Below are positions 17,283 to 26,993 of a DNA stretch of 64,000 bases, one piece after another. The stretch is from Caulobacteraceae bacterium. GTDB taxonomy: Bacteria; Pseudomonadota; Alphaproteobacteria; Caulobacterales; Caulobacteraceae. The stretch spans positions 570,299 to 634,298 of the forward strand of contig CBDIDP010000014.1 in the NCBI GenBank assembly GCA_965277785.1, written 5' to 3'. Numbering within the stretch: the stretch's first letter is position 1; each line of letters begins with the position of its first letter. The notes under the pieces were generated by a model, which worked only from the letters and a program-made list of their open reading frames with translations, was not told where the DNA came from and searched no databases. Both the position numbers and the translations under genes were made by a program.

Positions 17283-18004
17283 CGCCCCGCCGCTTCGATC
17301 GCCTCCGCCGGATCGATCGCCCCATCGTACAGCGCCCGGCCCAGCACCGCGCCGGCGATCGGCGTTCCCGGACGCGCCTGGAGGTTGTGAATATCGGTCA
17401 CCGAGGCGAGACCGCCGGCGGCGATCACCGGAATGCCGACGGCGTCGGCCACGGTTCCGAAGGTCTCGATGTCGAAGCCCTGTTTCGCGCCGTCGCGATC
17501 GATATCGGTGATGATCAGGGCCCCGACGCCCTCGTCCTCAAACCTTTTGGCGACCTCGATGGCGCTTAACCCCGAGTCCTCGGTCCAGCCCTGCACGGCG
17601 ACCCTGCCGCCACGCACGTCGACGCTGACCGCGATCCGCTCCGGCCAGCGCCGGGCGCAAGTCTTGACCAAGTCCGGGTCGCGCACCGCCGCCGTGCCCA
17701 GGATCACCCGGCTGACCCCCGCCTCGAGCCAGGCCTCGACGTTCTCCAGCGTGCGCACCCCGCCGCCGAGCTGCACGGGAACGGAGACCGTTTCGAGGAT
17801 CGCGCGCACCGCCGCGCCGTTCACGCTCGCCCCGTTTACCGCGCCGTTGAGGTCGATGACGTGCAGCCAGGAGAACCCCGCATCCGCCCAGGCGCGCGCC
17901 TGCGCCGCCGGACTGGCGTTGAACACCGTCGCGGTGGCGAGGTCGCCGCGCACGACGCGCACGCACTCGCCGTCCTTCAGGTCGATCGCCGGATAGAGGA
18001 TCAA
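17276..18004 (-). CDS. hisA: Phosphoribosylformimino-5-aminoimidazole carboxamide ribotide isomerase
   Basis: [38 protein letters not shown]; TTG 18004 overlaps the hisH stop. Confidence 0.95.
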   Translation of the reverse strand: MILYPAIDLKDGECVRVVRGDLATATVFNASPAAQARAWADAGFSWLHVIDLNGAVNGASVNGAAVRAILETVSVPVQLGGGVRTLENVEAWLEAGVSRVILGTAAVRDPDLVKTCARRWPERIAVSVDVRGGRVAVQGWTEDSGLSAIEVAKRFEDEGVGALIITDIDRDGAKQGFDIETFGTVADAVGIPVIAAGGLASVTDIHNLQARPGTPIAGAVLGRALYDGAIDPAEAIEAAGRC

Positions 18005-18642
18005 GGGCGCCACTCCAGGAAGTTGGCCAGCAGCCGGAGGCCCGCGTCCTGGGATTTCTCCGGGTGGAACTGCACCCCGGCGATATTGTCCCGCGCCACC
18101 GCCGCCGCGAACCGCCCGCCGTGGTCGGTCCACGCGACGACGTCCGTCTCGTCGTCGGCGACGAGGGCGAAGGAGTGGGTGAAATACATGTGGTCGCCCG
18201 CCGTCAGTCCCTTGAAGATCCGCGAGGCGAGATCGCCGTCCACACTGTTCCAACCCATGTGCGGCACCTTCAGCGCCGGGTCGGTCGGCTCGAGCGCGCG
18301 CACCTCCCCGCCGATCCAGCCCAATCCTTCGGTGACCCCGAACTCCCGCCCCCGGTCGGCGAGGAGCTGCATGCCGACGCACACGCCCAGAAACGCCGCG
18401 CCGCGTTGTATTGCTTGCGTCATCGCCTCGATCACCCCCGGCCGGGCCCGGAGCGCCGTCATGCACGCCGCGAAGGCGCCGACGCCGGGCAGGACGATAC
18501 TGTCGGCCCTCGCGATCGTCTCGGGATCGTCGCTGACGGTCACCACCGGCGGATGCGCCAGCGAAGCCGACGCTTTGGCCAACCCCTTTTCGGCGGAACG
18601 CAGGTTGCCAGAACCATAGTCGATGAGGGCGACGGTGGTCAT
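18001..18642 (-). CDS. hisH: Imidazole glycerol phosphate synthase glutaminase subunit
   Basis: IDYGSGNLRS, LPGVGAF, LGVCVGMQ, VPHMGWN, QFHPEKS. Confidence 0.97.
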   Translation of the reverse strand: MTTVALIDYGSGNLRSAEKGLAKASASLAHPPVVTVSDDPETIARADSIVLPGVGAFAACMTALRARPGVIEAMTQAIQRGAAFLGVCVGMQLLADRGREFGVTEGLGWIGGEVRALEPTDPALKVPHMGWNSVDGDLASRIFKGLTAGDHMYFTHSFALVADDETDVVAWTDHGGRFAAAVARDNIAGVQFHPEKSQDAGLRLLANFLEWRP

Positions 18643-18651
18643 GAACAAACC

Positions 18652-18802
18652 ACCTCTTCCAGAGGGAGAGGAAGGGGCCCAGCGAAGCTGGGAAGGTGAG
18701 GGGGTACGGTGTGGCCGAACTTGGCTGACAACCTGAGGCCGCGTAACCCCTCACCCTCCCGCCGCTGCGCGGCGGGCCCCTCCCTCTCCCTCTGGGAGAG
18801 GT
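18652..18802. repeat. Family A palindromic repeat between hisB and hisH
   Basis: GAGAGGAAGGGGCCCAGCGAAGCTGGGA shared with the 12337 copy; right arm GGGCCCCTCCCTCTCCCTCTGGGAGAGG. Confidence 0.85.
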
Positions 18803-18811
18803 GTTCCAATC

Positions 18812-19402
18812 TCACAACACCCCCTTCGTCGACGGCGCCAGTCCCTCCGTCTTCGGGTCGATCTCCACCGCTTCCCGCAGCGCGCGCGCCAGGGCCTTGA
18901 AGCCGCTCTCGGCGATGTGGTGGGAGTTCTCGCCGTACAGAGTCTCCAGATGCACGCAGGCGCCGGCGTGCATAGCGAAGGCATGGTGGAATTCCTTGAA
19001 CAGCTCGGTGTCCATCTCGCCCACCGTCGGGCGGACGAACTTCACCCGCCAGATCAGGTATGGCCGGTTGGACAGGTCGATGGCGCACCGGGTCAGCGTC
19101 TCGTCCATCGGGATATGGGCCACGCCGAACCGCCGCACGCCCTTGAAGCCGTCCAGCGCTTGGTTGAACGCGTGGCCGATGACGATGCCGGTGTCCTCCA
19201 CGGTGTGGTGCATGTCGATGTGCAGGTCGCCCTTGGTCTCGACGTCCAGGTCGAAACCGCCGTGCCGGGCGAAGCTCTCCAGCATGTGGTCGAAGAAGCC
19301 GACGCCGGTGCTGACCTTCGATACCCCGGTCCCATCGAGGTCGAGCGCGACCTTGATTTGGGTCTCCTTGGTGTCGCGGCCGACGGTCGCGGTGCGCGCC
19401 AT
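18812..19402 (-). CDS. hisB: Imidazoleglycerol-phosphate dehydratase
   Basis: FFDHML, DMHHTVEDTGI, NSHHIAES.FKA. Confidence 0.97.
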   Translation of the reverse strand: MARTATVGRDTKETQIKVALDLDGTGVSKVSTGVGFFDHMLESFARHGGFDLDVETKGDLHIDMHHTVEDTGIVIGHAFNQALDGFKGVRRFGVAHIPMDETLTRCAIDLSNRPYLIWRVKFVRPTVGEMDTELFKEFHHAFAMHAGACVHLETLYGENSHHIAESGFKALARALREAVEIDPKTEGLAPSTKGVL

Positions 19403-19405
19403 GGC

Positions 19406-20395
19406 TTAGAGTCCCGCCTTTGCCGCCAGGTCGCGCAGGGACACCTCCGGACGCGGGCCGTAGTGCGAGATCACCTCGGACGCCGCCAGCGACGCCAGCC
19501 TGCCGCACGCCGCCAGATCGCGTCCGCCCGTGAAGCCGTAGAGGAAGCCGGCGGCGTACTGGTCGCCCGCTCCCGTGGTGTCGATCACCTGATCCACCGG
19601 CGCTGCGGCGATGACGTGGTCGCCCGCCCCGTTGAGCACCACCGAGCCTTTAGCCCCCCGCGTCAACGCCGCGATCTTCACCCGCCCGCGCAGGGCCGCG
19701 ACCGCCGCGTCGAAGCTGTCGGTCTCAAACAGGCCGCACACCTCGACCTCGTTGGCGAACAGGATGTCGACCTCCGCGTCGATGAAGGCGAGCAGGGCAT
19801 GGCGGTGGCGCTCGACCACGAAGGCGTCGGACAGCGAAAAGCCGATGGTCCGCCCGGCCCCGTGGCTGAGCGCCGCGGCCTTGGCGAAGGCCCGCCGCGC
19901 CTCCTCCGGATCGAACAGGTAGCCTTCGAGGTAGAGCGCCGTGGCGCTCTCGATCGTCGCGGCGTCGACATCGGCGGGCGTCAGGTGCAGGGCGGCGCCG
20001 AGAAAGGTGCTCATGGTCCGCTCGCCGTCGGCGGTGACGCTGATCAGGCAGCGCCCGGTGGCCGGGCCGCCCTCCAGGGGCGCGGCGCGGAACTCCGCCC
20101 CGATGCCCCGCATCTCCCGGGCGTATTCGTCGCCCAGCGCGTCGCCGGCGACCTTGCCGACGAACACCGACCGCCCGCCGAAACTCGCCACGCCCGCCAC
20201 GGTGTTGGCCGCCGACCCGCCGGAGGTCTTCACCCCGGACGCCATCCGCGAGTAGAGCGCGTCGGCCCGATCCTGATCGATCAGGGTCATCGCCCCCTTG
20301 GCCAAACCCTCGTCCGCGAGGAAGGCCTCGTCCGCCGGCGCGATGACGTCGAGCAGGGCGTTGCCGATCGCGGCGACGTCGTATTGGGCGGTCAT
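19406..20395 (-). CDS. PfkB-family carbohydrate/adenosine kinase
   Basis: IGNALLD, GGSAANT, LEGYL, DTTGAGDQYAAGF. Confidence 0.9.
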   Translation of the reverse strand: MTAQYDVAAIGNALLDVIAPADEAFLADEGLAKGAMTLIDQDRADALYSRMASGVKTSGGSAANTVAGVASFGGRSVFVGKVAGDALGDEYAREMRGIGAEFRAAPLEGGPATGRCLISVTADGERTMSTFLGAALHLTPADVDAATIESATALYLEGYLFDPEEARRAFAKAAALSHGAGRTIGFSLSDAFVVERHRHALLAFIDAEVDILFANEVEVCGLFETDSFDAAVAALRGRVKIAALTRGAKGSVVLNGAGDHVIAAAPVDQVIDTTGAGDQYAAGFLYGFTGGRDLAACGRLASLAASEVISHYGPRPEVSLRDLAAKAGL

Positions 20396-20480
20396 GAAGG
20401 CTCCGGCGCGGGTGACGCGCGGGGTTTAGGGGAAGAGGGGGCGGATGTCATGTGGCCGACAAGGTCGAAGGCGCTGGACG

Positions 20481-20505
20481 GCAACCGCTCCGAACGCGCG
20501 GCGTT
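20481..20505 (+). promoter_or_regulatory. Candidate SigT/EcfG general-stress promoter
   Basis: GCAAC-N16-CGTT, one mismatch to GGAAC-N16/17-CGTT, about 44 nt upstream of ATG 20549. Confidence 0.4.
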
Positions 20506-20548
20506 TGCAAAACTCGCGGGCCTCGCGCCGCCGCCGAAGAGGTTGCTC

Positions 20549-20869
20549 ATGCCGGACGTTTTCAAGCCGACGATCAAGATGGCCGCCAATGCGAAGAAGG
20601 GGCTCGAACTGCGCGCCAAGTTCAAGCGCGGCGGAACCGAGGTTGGCGTCGACCGGGCCAATCAACTCGTCCGACGCGACGAACTCGCCGCTACGGACGT
20701 GAAGTCGATGCACAGCTATTTCGCCAGACACGCCGTTGACAAGGAGGGAAGGGCGCACGCGTGGGACTCCAACGATGACCCCTCCGCCGGCTACATAGCC
20801 TGGCTGCTGTGGGGCGGCGACGAAGGCAAGGCGTGGGCGGATGGTCACGCCGCGAAGCTGTCGGACTAG
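20549..20869 (+). CDS. Conserved 106-aa hypothetical protein
   Basis: GAAGAGG before ATG; GGTEVGVDRANQL...MHSYFARHAVDK...PSAGYIAWLLWGGDEG. Confidence 0.75.
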   Translation: MPDVFKPTIKMAANAKKGLELRAKFKRGGTEVGVDRANQLVRRDELAATDVKSMHSYFARHAVDKEGRAHAWDSNDDPSAGYIAWLLWGGDEGKAWADGHAAKLSD

Positions 20870-20905
20870 GTTTCCCCGTTCCGCCCGAGGGGATATCCTT
20901 CTCCC

Positions 20906-21841
20906 ATGCAATCCACACGTCGGCGGCGTTGGGCGCTCGCGCCCCTTGTTTTGCTATGTCTCACGGGCGCCGACGCTCCGCGCGTATCGATCACGGTCAA
21001 GGATCTGACGCCGCGGTTTCTGACCTTCTACCGCGCCGCGACCGTCGCCCACGCAAACGCCGACGAGCGCTTCAGCCTGTGGAAGCGCGACTACGGTTTC
21101 GCGGCCGTGCCGCCGACGCCTCAGGGCGATGCGATCGCGCGGAAGCTGCTGGACGACGCCTGGCCGAAGTATCCGGCGGTGCTGAACCGCATCGACAAGG
21201 GCGCCACGGGGATCGAGCCCAGCCCCGAGGTCACGCTCGAACGGGTCGCGGCCCTGCTGCGCCCGACCGCGCCGGTGAACCTGACCTTGGTTGCGTACGT
21301 CGGCGCGCTGGAGGGAAACGCCTTCACCGTGGGCGACAAGGGCAAGGCGACCGTCGCCATCCCCGTTGAGGAAAGCCCGCTCGAGCGCGGCCCGGTCATG
21401 GCCCACGAGTTCACCCATGCGGTCCAGATCACCATGGGAAGCAACGCCGGCGGATGGGTTCGCAGCATTGGAGAGACGGTGCTTGCCGAGGGGCTGGCCA
21501 TGCGCGTCGCCCAGACGCTGTATCCCGACCGTCCGGCGGCCAGCTCCGTCGAGATGGCCAGCGAACCCGGCTGGCTGAAGCGGGCGGACGCGAAGCGAAC
21601 GCAAATCCTGACCGATGTCCGCCGGGCCAGCGCGTCGTCCAATTCCGATGACGTCATGCGCTTCACCATGGGCGTGGGGCCGGCCGGCATCAACCGCGAG
21701 GCCTATTACGCCGGCTGGCTGGTCACGCGTTACTGGTTGGACCGGGGACGAAGCTTCGCGGACATCGCCCGCATCCGCGAGGCCGACGCCTCCGCCGAAG
21801 TCCGGCGCGCGATCGACGCCATGCTGAAGACGCCGGGTTAG
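20906..21841 (+). CDS. Exported putative Zn-metallopeptidase (DUF2268-like)
   Basis: Signal peptide; AHEFTH...EGLA (HExxH...E). Confidence 0.65.
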   Translation: MQSTRRRRWALAPLVLLCLTGADAPRVSITVKDLTPRFLTFYRAATVAHANADERFSLWKRDYGFAAVPPTPQGDAIARKLLDDAWPKYPAVLNRIDKGATGIEPSPEVTLERVAALLRPTAPVNLTLVAYVGALEGNAFTVGDKGKATVAIPVEESPLERGPVMAHEFTHAVQITMGSNAGGWVRSIGETVLAEGLAMRVAQTLYPDRPAASSVEMASEPGWLKRADAKRTQILTDVRRASASSNSDDVMRFTMGVGPAGINREAYYAGWLVTRYWLDRGRSFADIARIREADASAEVRRAIDAMLKTPG

Positions 21842-21856
21842 GGCGCCCGCGCCTCG

Positions 21857-22324
21857 TCAGCGCCCCGCGAGACTGGCTTCCGTCGGGCGAAACGAGCCGA
21901 GATAGCGCAGGTGAAGGCCGATGCGGGTGGTCCCCTCGGTGGCGGCCACGGCGGCTTCGTCGAACTTCGGACCGCGCAGGTGCAGTCGGGCGTCGTTGGA
22001 AAAGCCGATCCCTTCGCGCGGGATGCCGAACAGGCCGCGGTGGATCACGCCGCCGCCGGTATCATCATCGAAGACCTGGATCGCGTACGTGCCCGGGGTG
22101 ATGTTCGGGACCTTGAGCACCGTCTTCCCGACAACCGCGGCGGCGTCGGCGAAATATTCGCAATTGTCAGTCAGGAAGGTCGCGCGCGAACAGACCGCCA
22201 CGCGGACGAATCCGCTCGCCGATCGCACCCCGTTCACCGTCACGTCCAGCGTCGCGGCGCGGAGGGCCATTGGCAGGAGACTGAAACCGGCGACCGACAG
22301 GATGATGCGGAAAGCGGGCGGCAT
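21857..22324 (-). CDS. DUF2141 family exported protein
   Basis: Signal; GTYAIQVFDD...FGIPREGIGFSND...PKFDEA. Confidence 0.8.
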   Translation of the reverse strand: MPPAFRIILSVAGFSLLPMALRAATLDVTVNGVRSASGFVRVAVCSRATFLTDNCEYFADAAAVVGKTVLKVPNITPGTYAIQVFDDDTGGGVIHRGLFGIPREGIGFSNDARLHLRGPKFDEAAVAATEGTTRIGLHLRYLGSFRPTEASLAGR

Positions 22325-22375
22325 GGGTTGTCTTGACCCAGTTTGGCGGCGCGGGGAAGACGGCCCGGCGTTTCA

Positions 22376-22972
22376 CTAGAGGCTTGGCGCGCCCAAGACT
22401 GGGCGCGGATCGCGCAGCACGAAGTACGAGGCGTCGCGCGGCGCGCTGGGCGCGAACCCGGTCAGCCGCACCAGGGTCGCGCCGCCGCCCGCGTCCGTGA
22501 TCGTCCATCCAGTCAGGGCGATGGGCGACTGGGTGAAGTCCAGCGCGATCTGGCCCTGGGCCTTCTTGCTCCCGTCGCGGGCGACCACGGTGAAGCCGTC
22601 CGGCGTGTGGGTAACTTTCGCGACCGTGACGCCGCGATCCAGCCGGATATCCTTGGCGAGGAACAGTCCGAGCGGAGTCATGCCGAGCGGCGCGGCTTGA
22701 ATCGTCTTCAGCCGCGCGTTCACCACGGCGACCCGGTGGCCGTCCGAGGCGATGGTCAGGCCGGACGGCGGATCGTAGTCGAACCGCGCCTTGCCCGGCC
22801 GCTGGATGACGAAGCTCCCGCTGACGCTCTGGCCGCGCGGATTGGTCTGGGTGAAGCGGCCGCTGGCGGTGGTGAGGTGCTGGAGGTAGGCCGTCGCGCG
22901 CTGGACGAGGGCGCTGTCGTCGGAGGTGAGGGGGGCGGCGGCGAGGGCGAGGGCGAAGAGGGGTGTGAGCAT
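22376..22972 (-). CDS. lolA: Outer-membrane lipoprotein carrier LolA family
   Basis: GRFTQ, QRPGKARFDYDPP, TPLGLFL; downstream of ftsK. Confidence 0.85.
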   Translation of the reverse strand: MLTPLFALALAAAPLTSDDSALVQRATAYLQHLTTASGRFTQTNPRGQSVSGSFVIQRPGKARFDYDPPSGLTIASDGHRVAVVNARLKTIQAAPLGMTPLGLFLAKDIRLDRGVTVAKVTHTPDGFTVVARDGSKKAQGQIALDFTQSPIALTGWTITDAGGGATLVRLTGFAPSAPRDASYFVLRDPRPVLGAPSL

Positions 22973-22990
22973 GCTAAAATCCGTCACTTG

Positions 22991-23143
22991 CCTCGCGCCC
23001 CCTCCGTCTCGCGCAAGAAGGCGCGAGCCACCTCCCCCGCAAGGCGGCGGGTGAGGAGTAGAGGGTTTTTGATCCTCCACCGCCCGCTTGCGGGGGAGGT
23101 GGCGCGGCGCTCTTTCTTGCGCCGCGACGGAGGGGGCGCAAGG
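22991..23143. repeat. Family B bipartite palindromic repeat
   Basis: GCGCCCCCTCCGTC...CCACCTCCCCCGCAAG / CTTGCGGGGGAGGTGG...GACGGAGGGGGCGC; copies at 39721 and 59776. Confidence 0.85.
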
Positions 23144-23149
23144 CCGCGA

Positions 23150-25471
23150 CTATAAAGCCGGTGGTGGCGCCGCCAACACCTCGCGCTTCCCCGCGTGGTT
23201 GGCCATGCCGACGACGCCTTCCTTTTCCATCCGCTCGATCAGGCTGGCGGCGCGGTTGTAGCCGATCTGGAGGCGGCGCTGGATGTAGCTGGTCGAGGCC
23301 TTGCGGTCGCGGGTGACCACGGCGACGGCCTGGTCGTAGAGATCGTTGCCGCCCTCGCCGCCGCCGCCGAGATCGAGATCGCCGCTGTCGTTGTCGTCGT
23401 CCGGGCCGGCGGTGACATCCTCGAGATACTGCGGCTCGCCCTGGTCGCGCAGGAACTTCGCCACCCGCTCGACCTCGCCGTCGGAGACGAACGGGCCGTG
23501 CAGGCGCGTCACCCGGCCGCCGCCGGCCATGTACAGCATGTCGCCCATGCCGAGGAGCTGCTCGGCGCCTTGCTCGCCCATGATGGTGCGGGAATCGATC
23601 TTGGAGGTGACCTGAAAGCTGATCCGGGTCGGAAAGTTGGCCTTGATGGTGCCGGTGATGACGTCGACCGACGGCCGCTGGGTTGCCATGATCAGGTGAA
23701 TGCCGGCCGCCCGCGCCATCTGCGCCAGGCGCTGGACCGCGCCCTCGATGTCCTTGCCGGCGACCATCATCAGGTCGGCGACCTCGTCGATCACCACCAC
23801 CAGGTAGGGCATGGGTTCGGGGCGGAGCTTCTCCTCCTCGTAGACCGGGCGACCGCGCTCATCGAAGCCGGTCTGGATGGTGCGGACGAAGTGCTCGCCC
23901 TTGGCCACCGCCTCCCGCGCCCGCTCGTTGTAGCCGGCGACGTTGCGCACGCCGATCTTCGACATCTTGCGGTAGCGGTCCTCCATCTCGCGCACCGTCC
24001 ATTTGAGGGCGACGATCGCCTTTTTCGGTTCGGTGACCACGGGGGCGAGCAGGTGGGGGATGCCATCGTAGACGCTGAGCTCCAGCATCTTGGGGTCGAT
24101 CATAATGAACCGGCACTGGTCCGGCGTCAGCCGATAGAGGATCGACAGGATCATGGCGTTGACGCCGACCGACTTGCCCGAACCGGTGGTGCCGGCGATC
24201 AGCAGGTGGGGCATCTTGGCGAGATCGACGATGTAGGGCTCGCCGCCGATGGTTTCGCCCAGCGCCAGCGGCAGGATCTGACCCTGCTTTTCGTATTCGG
24301 CGGATGAGAGCATGTCGCGCAGGGAGACCATTTCGCGCTTGGCGTTGGGCAGCTCGATGCCGATGGCGTTGCGGCCGGAAACGACGCTGACCCGGCACGC
24401 CGCCACGCTCATTGAGCGGGCGATGTCGTCCGACAGCGCGACAACCCGGGCCGATTTCACCCCGGGAGCCGGGACCAGTTCGTAGAGGGTGACCACGGGT
24501 CCGGGACGGATGTGGTCGATCGCGCCGCGCACGCCGAATTCGGCGAGGACGCCCTCAAGCATCTGGGCGTTCTGGCGCAGGGAGGTCTCGTCGACCGACG
24601 CCTCGCGCACCGGCGGCTTGGAAAGGATGCCGAGCTCGGGCAGGCGGAACGCGCCCGGCTCGTCGAACGGCAGGGCGGGCTGCAGTTCGCGCAACTCGCG
24701 GCTGGAGAGCTTGACCGGCGTCTTGGGCGGCTTAATCGCCAGCGCCGCCGCCGACAGCGACAGGGTCTCGGCCTCCGCATCGTCCGCGAGCGGTTCAGAG
24801 TCGAGGTCGACTGCCGGGGCGCCGCGCCGCTCGCGCTTTAGCGGCTTTTCCTTCTTCACCGGCGTCGAAGCCGGAATCGCCCCAGCTTCGCGGCGGCGCC
24901 AGATCGGCGCGACGAAGGCGAAGGTCAGCAAGCTGATGGCGGCGAAGACGGCGCCAGCGATCCAGCGCGGCTCGGGCGCGCTGAACACCATCAACGGGTC
25001 GAGCGCCAGGGCGAGCAAAGTGTCCCCCGCCGCGCCGCCGAGGCCGGTGGCGAGCGGCCAAGCGTTCGGCGGCGCCGGCGCGGCCAGGGCGCCCGCCAGA
25101 GCGACGAAGCCGAGCACGGCGGCGAGCGCGCGCAAGCCGCGACGTCTCATCGAAGAAAGGGGTCCGAACAGGCCCTGCAAACCCGCTGCCATCAGGGCGA
25201 TGGCGATGGCCCAGGACGCCAGGCCGAGCGACTGGTTGGCGAGGTCCGCGACCGCCGCGCCCGGAGCGCCCAGCCAGTTGGCCGGCGGTCCGGCGCTCGA
25301 CGCATCGAAGCTTGGATCGCCGGCGTTATAGCTGGCGAGGGCGCAGACGAGAGCGCCGCCCACGGTCGCCGTCACCAGACCGCGCAGACGGGTCGTCACG
25401 CTTCTGGAGACGGCAAAACGGGCGACGCGACTGAAGAGGGGAAATCCCTGACGTCTCGCCACCCTCGCCAT
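23150..25471 (-). CDS. ftsK: DNA translocase FtsK
   Basis: N-terminal TM region; AGTTGSGKS; [10 protein letters not shown]; [12 protein letters not shown]; gamma domain LQIGYNRAA. Confidence 0.97.
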   Translation of the reverse strand: MARVARRQGFPLFSRVARFAVSRSVTTRLRGLVTATVGGALVCALASYNAGDPSFDASSAGPPANWLGAPGAAVADLANQSLGLASWAIAIALMAAGLQGLFGPLSSMRRRGLRALAAVLGFVALAGALAAPAPPNAWPLATGLGGAAGDTLLALALDPLMVFSAPEPRWIAGAVFAAISLLTFAFVAPIWRRREAGAIPASTPVKKEKPLKRERRGAPAVDLDSEPLADDAEAETLSLSAAALAIKPPKTPVKLSSRELRELQPALPFDEPGAFRLPELGILSKPPVREASVDETSLRQNAQMLEGVLAEFGVRGAIDHIRPGPVVTLYELVPAPGVKSARVVALSDDIARSMSVAACRVSVVSGRNAIGIELPNAKREMVSLRDMLSSAEYEKQGQILPLALGETIGGEPYIVDLAKMPHLLIAGTTGSGKSVGVNAMILSILYRLTPDQCRFIMIDPKMLELSVYDGIPHLLAPVVTEPKKAIVALKWTVREMEDRYRKMSKIGVRNVAGYNERAREAVAKGEHFVRTIQTGFDERGRPVYEEEKLRPEPMPYLVVVIDEVADLMMVAGKDIEGAVQRLAQMARAAGIHLIMATQRPSVDVITGTIKANFPTRISFQVTSKIDSRTIMGEQGAEQLLGMGDMLYMAGGGRVTRLHGPFVSDGEVERVAKFLRDQGEPQYLEDVTAGPDDDNDSGDLDLGGGGEGGNDLYDQAVAVVTRDRKASTSYIQRRLQIGYNRAASLIERMEKEGVVGMANHAGKREVLAAPPPAL

Positions 25472-25522
25472 TTTCACCCCTCGACCCGCGCGCTGCTTCT
25501 TAAGCTGATTTGCGCCCGATGC

Positions 25523-25538
25523 GTTAAGGGCGGGTTAG
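25523..25538 (-). promoter_or_regulatory. Candidate CtrA-binding site upstream of ftsK
   Basis: Minus strand CTAA-CCCGCCC-TTAAC, one mismatch to TTAA-N7-TTAAC. Confidence 0.45.
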
Positions 25539-25631
25539 TTTCCTCCTCCTTTGATGTGGCGTAAACAGGCCTCGTACTCGCCGCCGCGCCGGCTTCGGCC
25601 TTGGCTCGGGGAGCGATGTTCCTACCCTCAT

Positions 25632-25698
25632 CCGGAGCGCGGTCGTCCCGACCGCGACCCTAGCTTCGTCACCGGCGGACGAGACGTCCGCCCTCCGG
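25632..25698. repeat. Family D REP-like palindrome
   Basis: CCGGAGCGCGGTCGTCCCGACCGC ... GCGGACGAGACGTCCGCCCTCCGG; ends match the element in hemD. Confidence 0.65.
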
Positions 25699-25742
25699 GT
25701 CGGAGCGCGAAACCCTCCCGAGACTGAATGAGGCTCTCAGCC

Positions 25743-26933
25743 TCACTCGTCAGTTTCGGCCGTCGCCGAGGGCGGCGCGAGCGACAGCAGGCTGGCGCCC
25801 GTCAGGACCGACAGCACCGATCCCAGCACGACCGCGAGGCGAATCTGGGCGGCGGCGAGGTCATCTCCGGTTGAAAAGGCGAGCGCGCCCAGGAAGAGGC
25901 TCATGGTAAAACCGGCGCCGCACATCATCGCGACGCCGAGAAGCTGTACCCAGGTCGTCCCGGACGGACGGCGGCCCAGCCGCGCGCCCGCCGCCGCCGC
26001 GGCGAAGCCGAACACACCCAGCGGCTTGCCGACCACCAGCCCCGCCACGATGCCGATGGTCACCGGCGACGCCGCGCTCGTCAAGGTCATCCCGCGCAGC
26101 GAGAACCCGGCGGCGGTGAAGGCGAACAGGGGCAGGATCAGATAGGCGACATAGGGGTGCAGGCCGTCCATGAACGTCTTCAGCGTGCTCTCCTGTCCCG
26201 CCCGCCGCGACCCGATCGGCACGGTAAAGGCCGCCAACACGCCGGCGAGCGAGGTGCTGACTCCCGCCTGCAAGGTAAAGAACCACAGCAGCAGGAACCC
26301 CGCGCCGTAAAAGGCGAACGGCGCGCGGCGCCAGCGCGACAGCAGGATCAGGCCGGCCAGTGTCGCCCCCGCTCCGGCCAAGGAGGTCCAGTGCGGCGCC
26401 CGGGTGAACACCGCCGCGATGATCGCCACCGCGCCGAGGTCGTCGGCGATGGCCAGGGTCAGCAGGAAGACGCGCAGGGACGGCGGCAGCCGCTTGGCGA
26501 CCAGCGTCAGCCCGGCCAGGGCGAAAGCGATGTCGGTCGCCGTCGGCACGGGCCAGCCGCGCGGCGATCCGGCCGCGCCCTGGTTGATCGCGAAATAGAT
26601 GACGGCCGGCACGATCATCCCGCCCGCCGCCGCCAACAATGGCAGGGCGAGGCGGCGCGGGCTGGACAGCTCTCCGCGCAGGACCTCGAACTTGATCTCC
26701 AGCCCGACCACCAGGAAGAACACCGCCATCAAGCCGTCCTTGACCCAGTCGCCCACGCTCAAGGACTGGCTGAACGCCCCCACGCGCACCGGAATAACGG
26801 CATGGACGAAGGTGAAGTAGTCGTCGGACAGCGGAGAGTTGGCGGCGATCGCGGCCAGGCCGGAGGCGACCACCAGCAGCGCGCCGGCGCCGGCCTCGGT
26901 CCGCAGGAAATCGAGTGTCGGACGCTTCGCCAT
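25743..26933 (-). CDS. nhaA: Na+/H+ antiporter NhaA
   Basis: DGLMAVFFLVVGLEIK, PTATDIAF, LAIADDLGA, GAGFTMSLF. Confidence 0.95.
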   Translation of the reverse strand: MAKRPTLDFLRTEAGAGALLVVASGLAAIAANSPLSDDYFTFVHAVIPVRVGAFSQSLSVGDWVKDGLMAVFFLVVGLEIKFEVLRGELSSPRRLALPLLAAAGGMIVPAVIYFAINQGAAGSPRGWPVPTATDIAFALAGLTLVAKRLPPSLRVFLLTLAIADDLGAVAIIAAVFTRAPHWTSLAGAGATLAGLILLSRWRRAPFAFYGAGFLLLWFFTLQAGVSTSLAGVLAAFTVPIGSRRAGQESTLKTFMDGLHPYVAYLILPLFAFTAAGFSLRGMTLTSAASPVTIGIVAGLVVGKPLGVFGFAAAAAGARLGRRPSGTTWVQLLGVAMMCGAGFTMSLFLGALAFSTGDDLAAAQIRLAVVLGSVLSVLTGASLLSLAPPSATAETDE

Positions 26934-26993
26934 CGGCCCCGCCTATCATGGCGCCGCTTGCCGCGCGACCGAAGCTCGGGCCATGTCCGCGCC

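Noticed and set aside
20870-20895. GTTTCCCCG...GGGGATA resembling a type I-E CRISPR repeat
   Set aside because: Single copy, imperfect stem, no spacers and no cas genes
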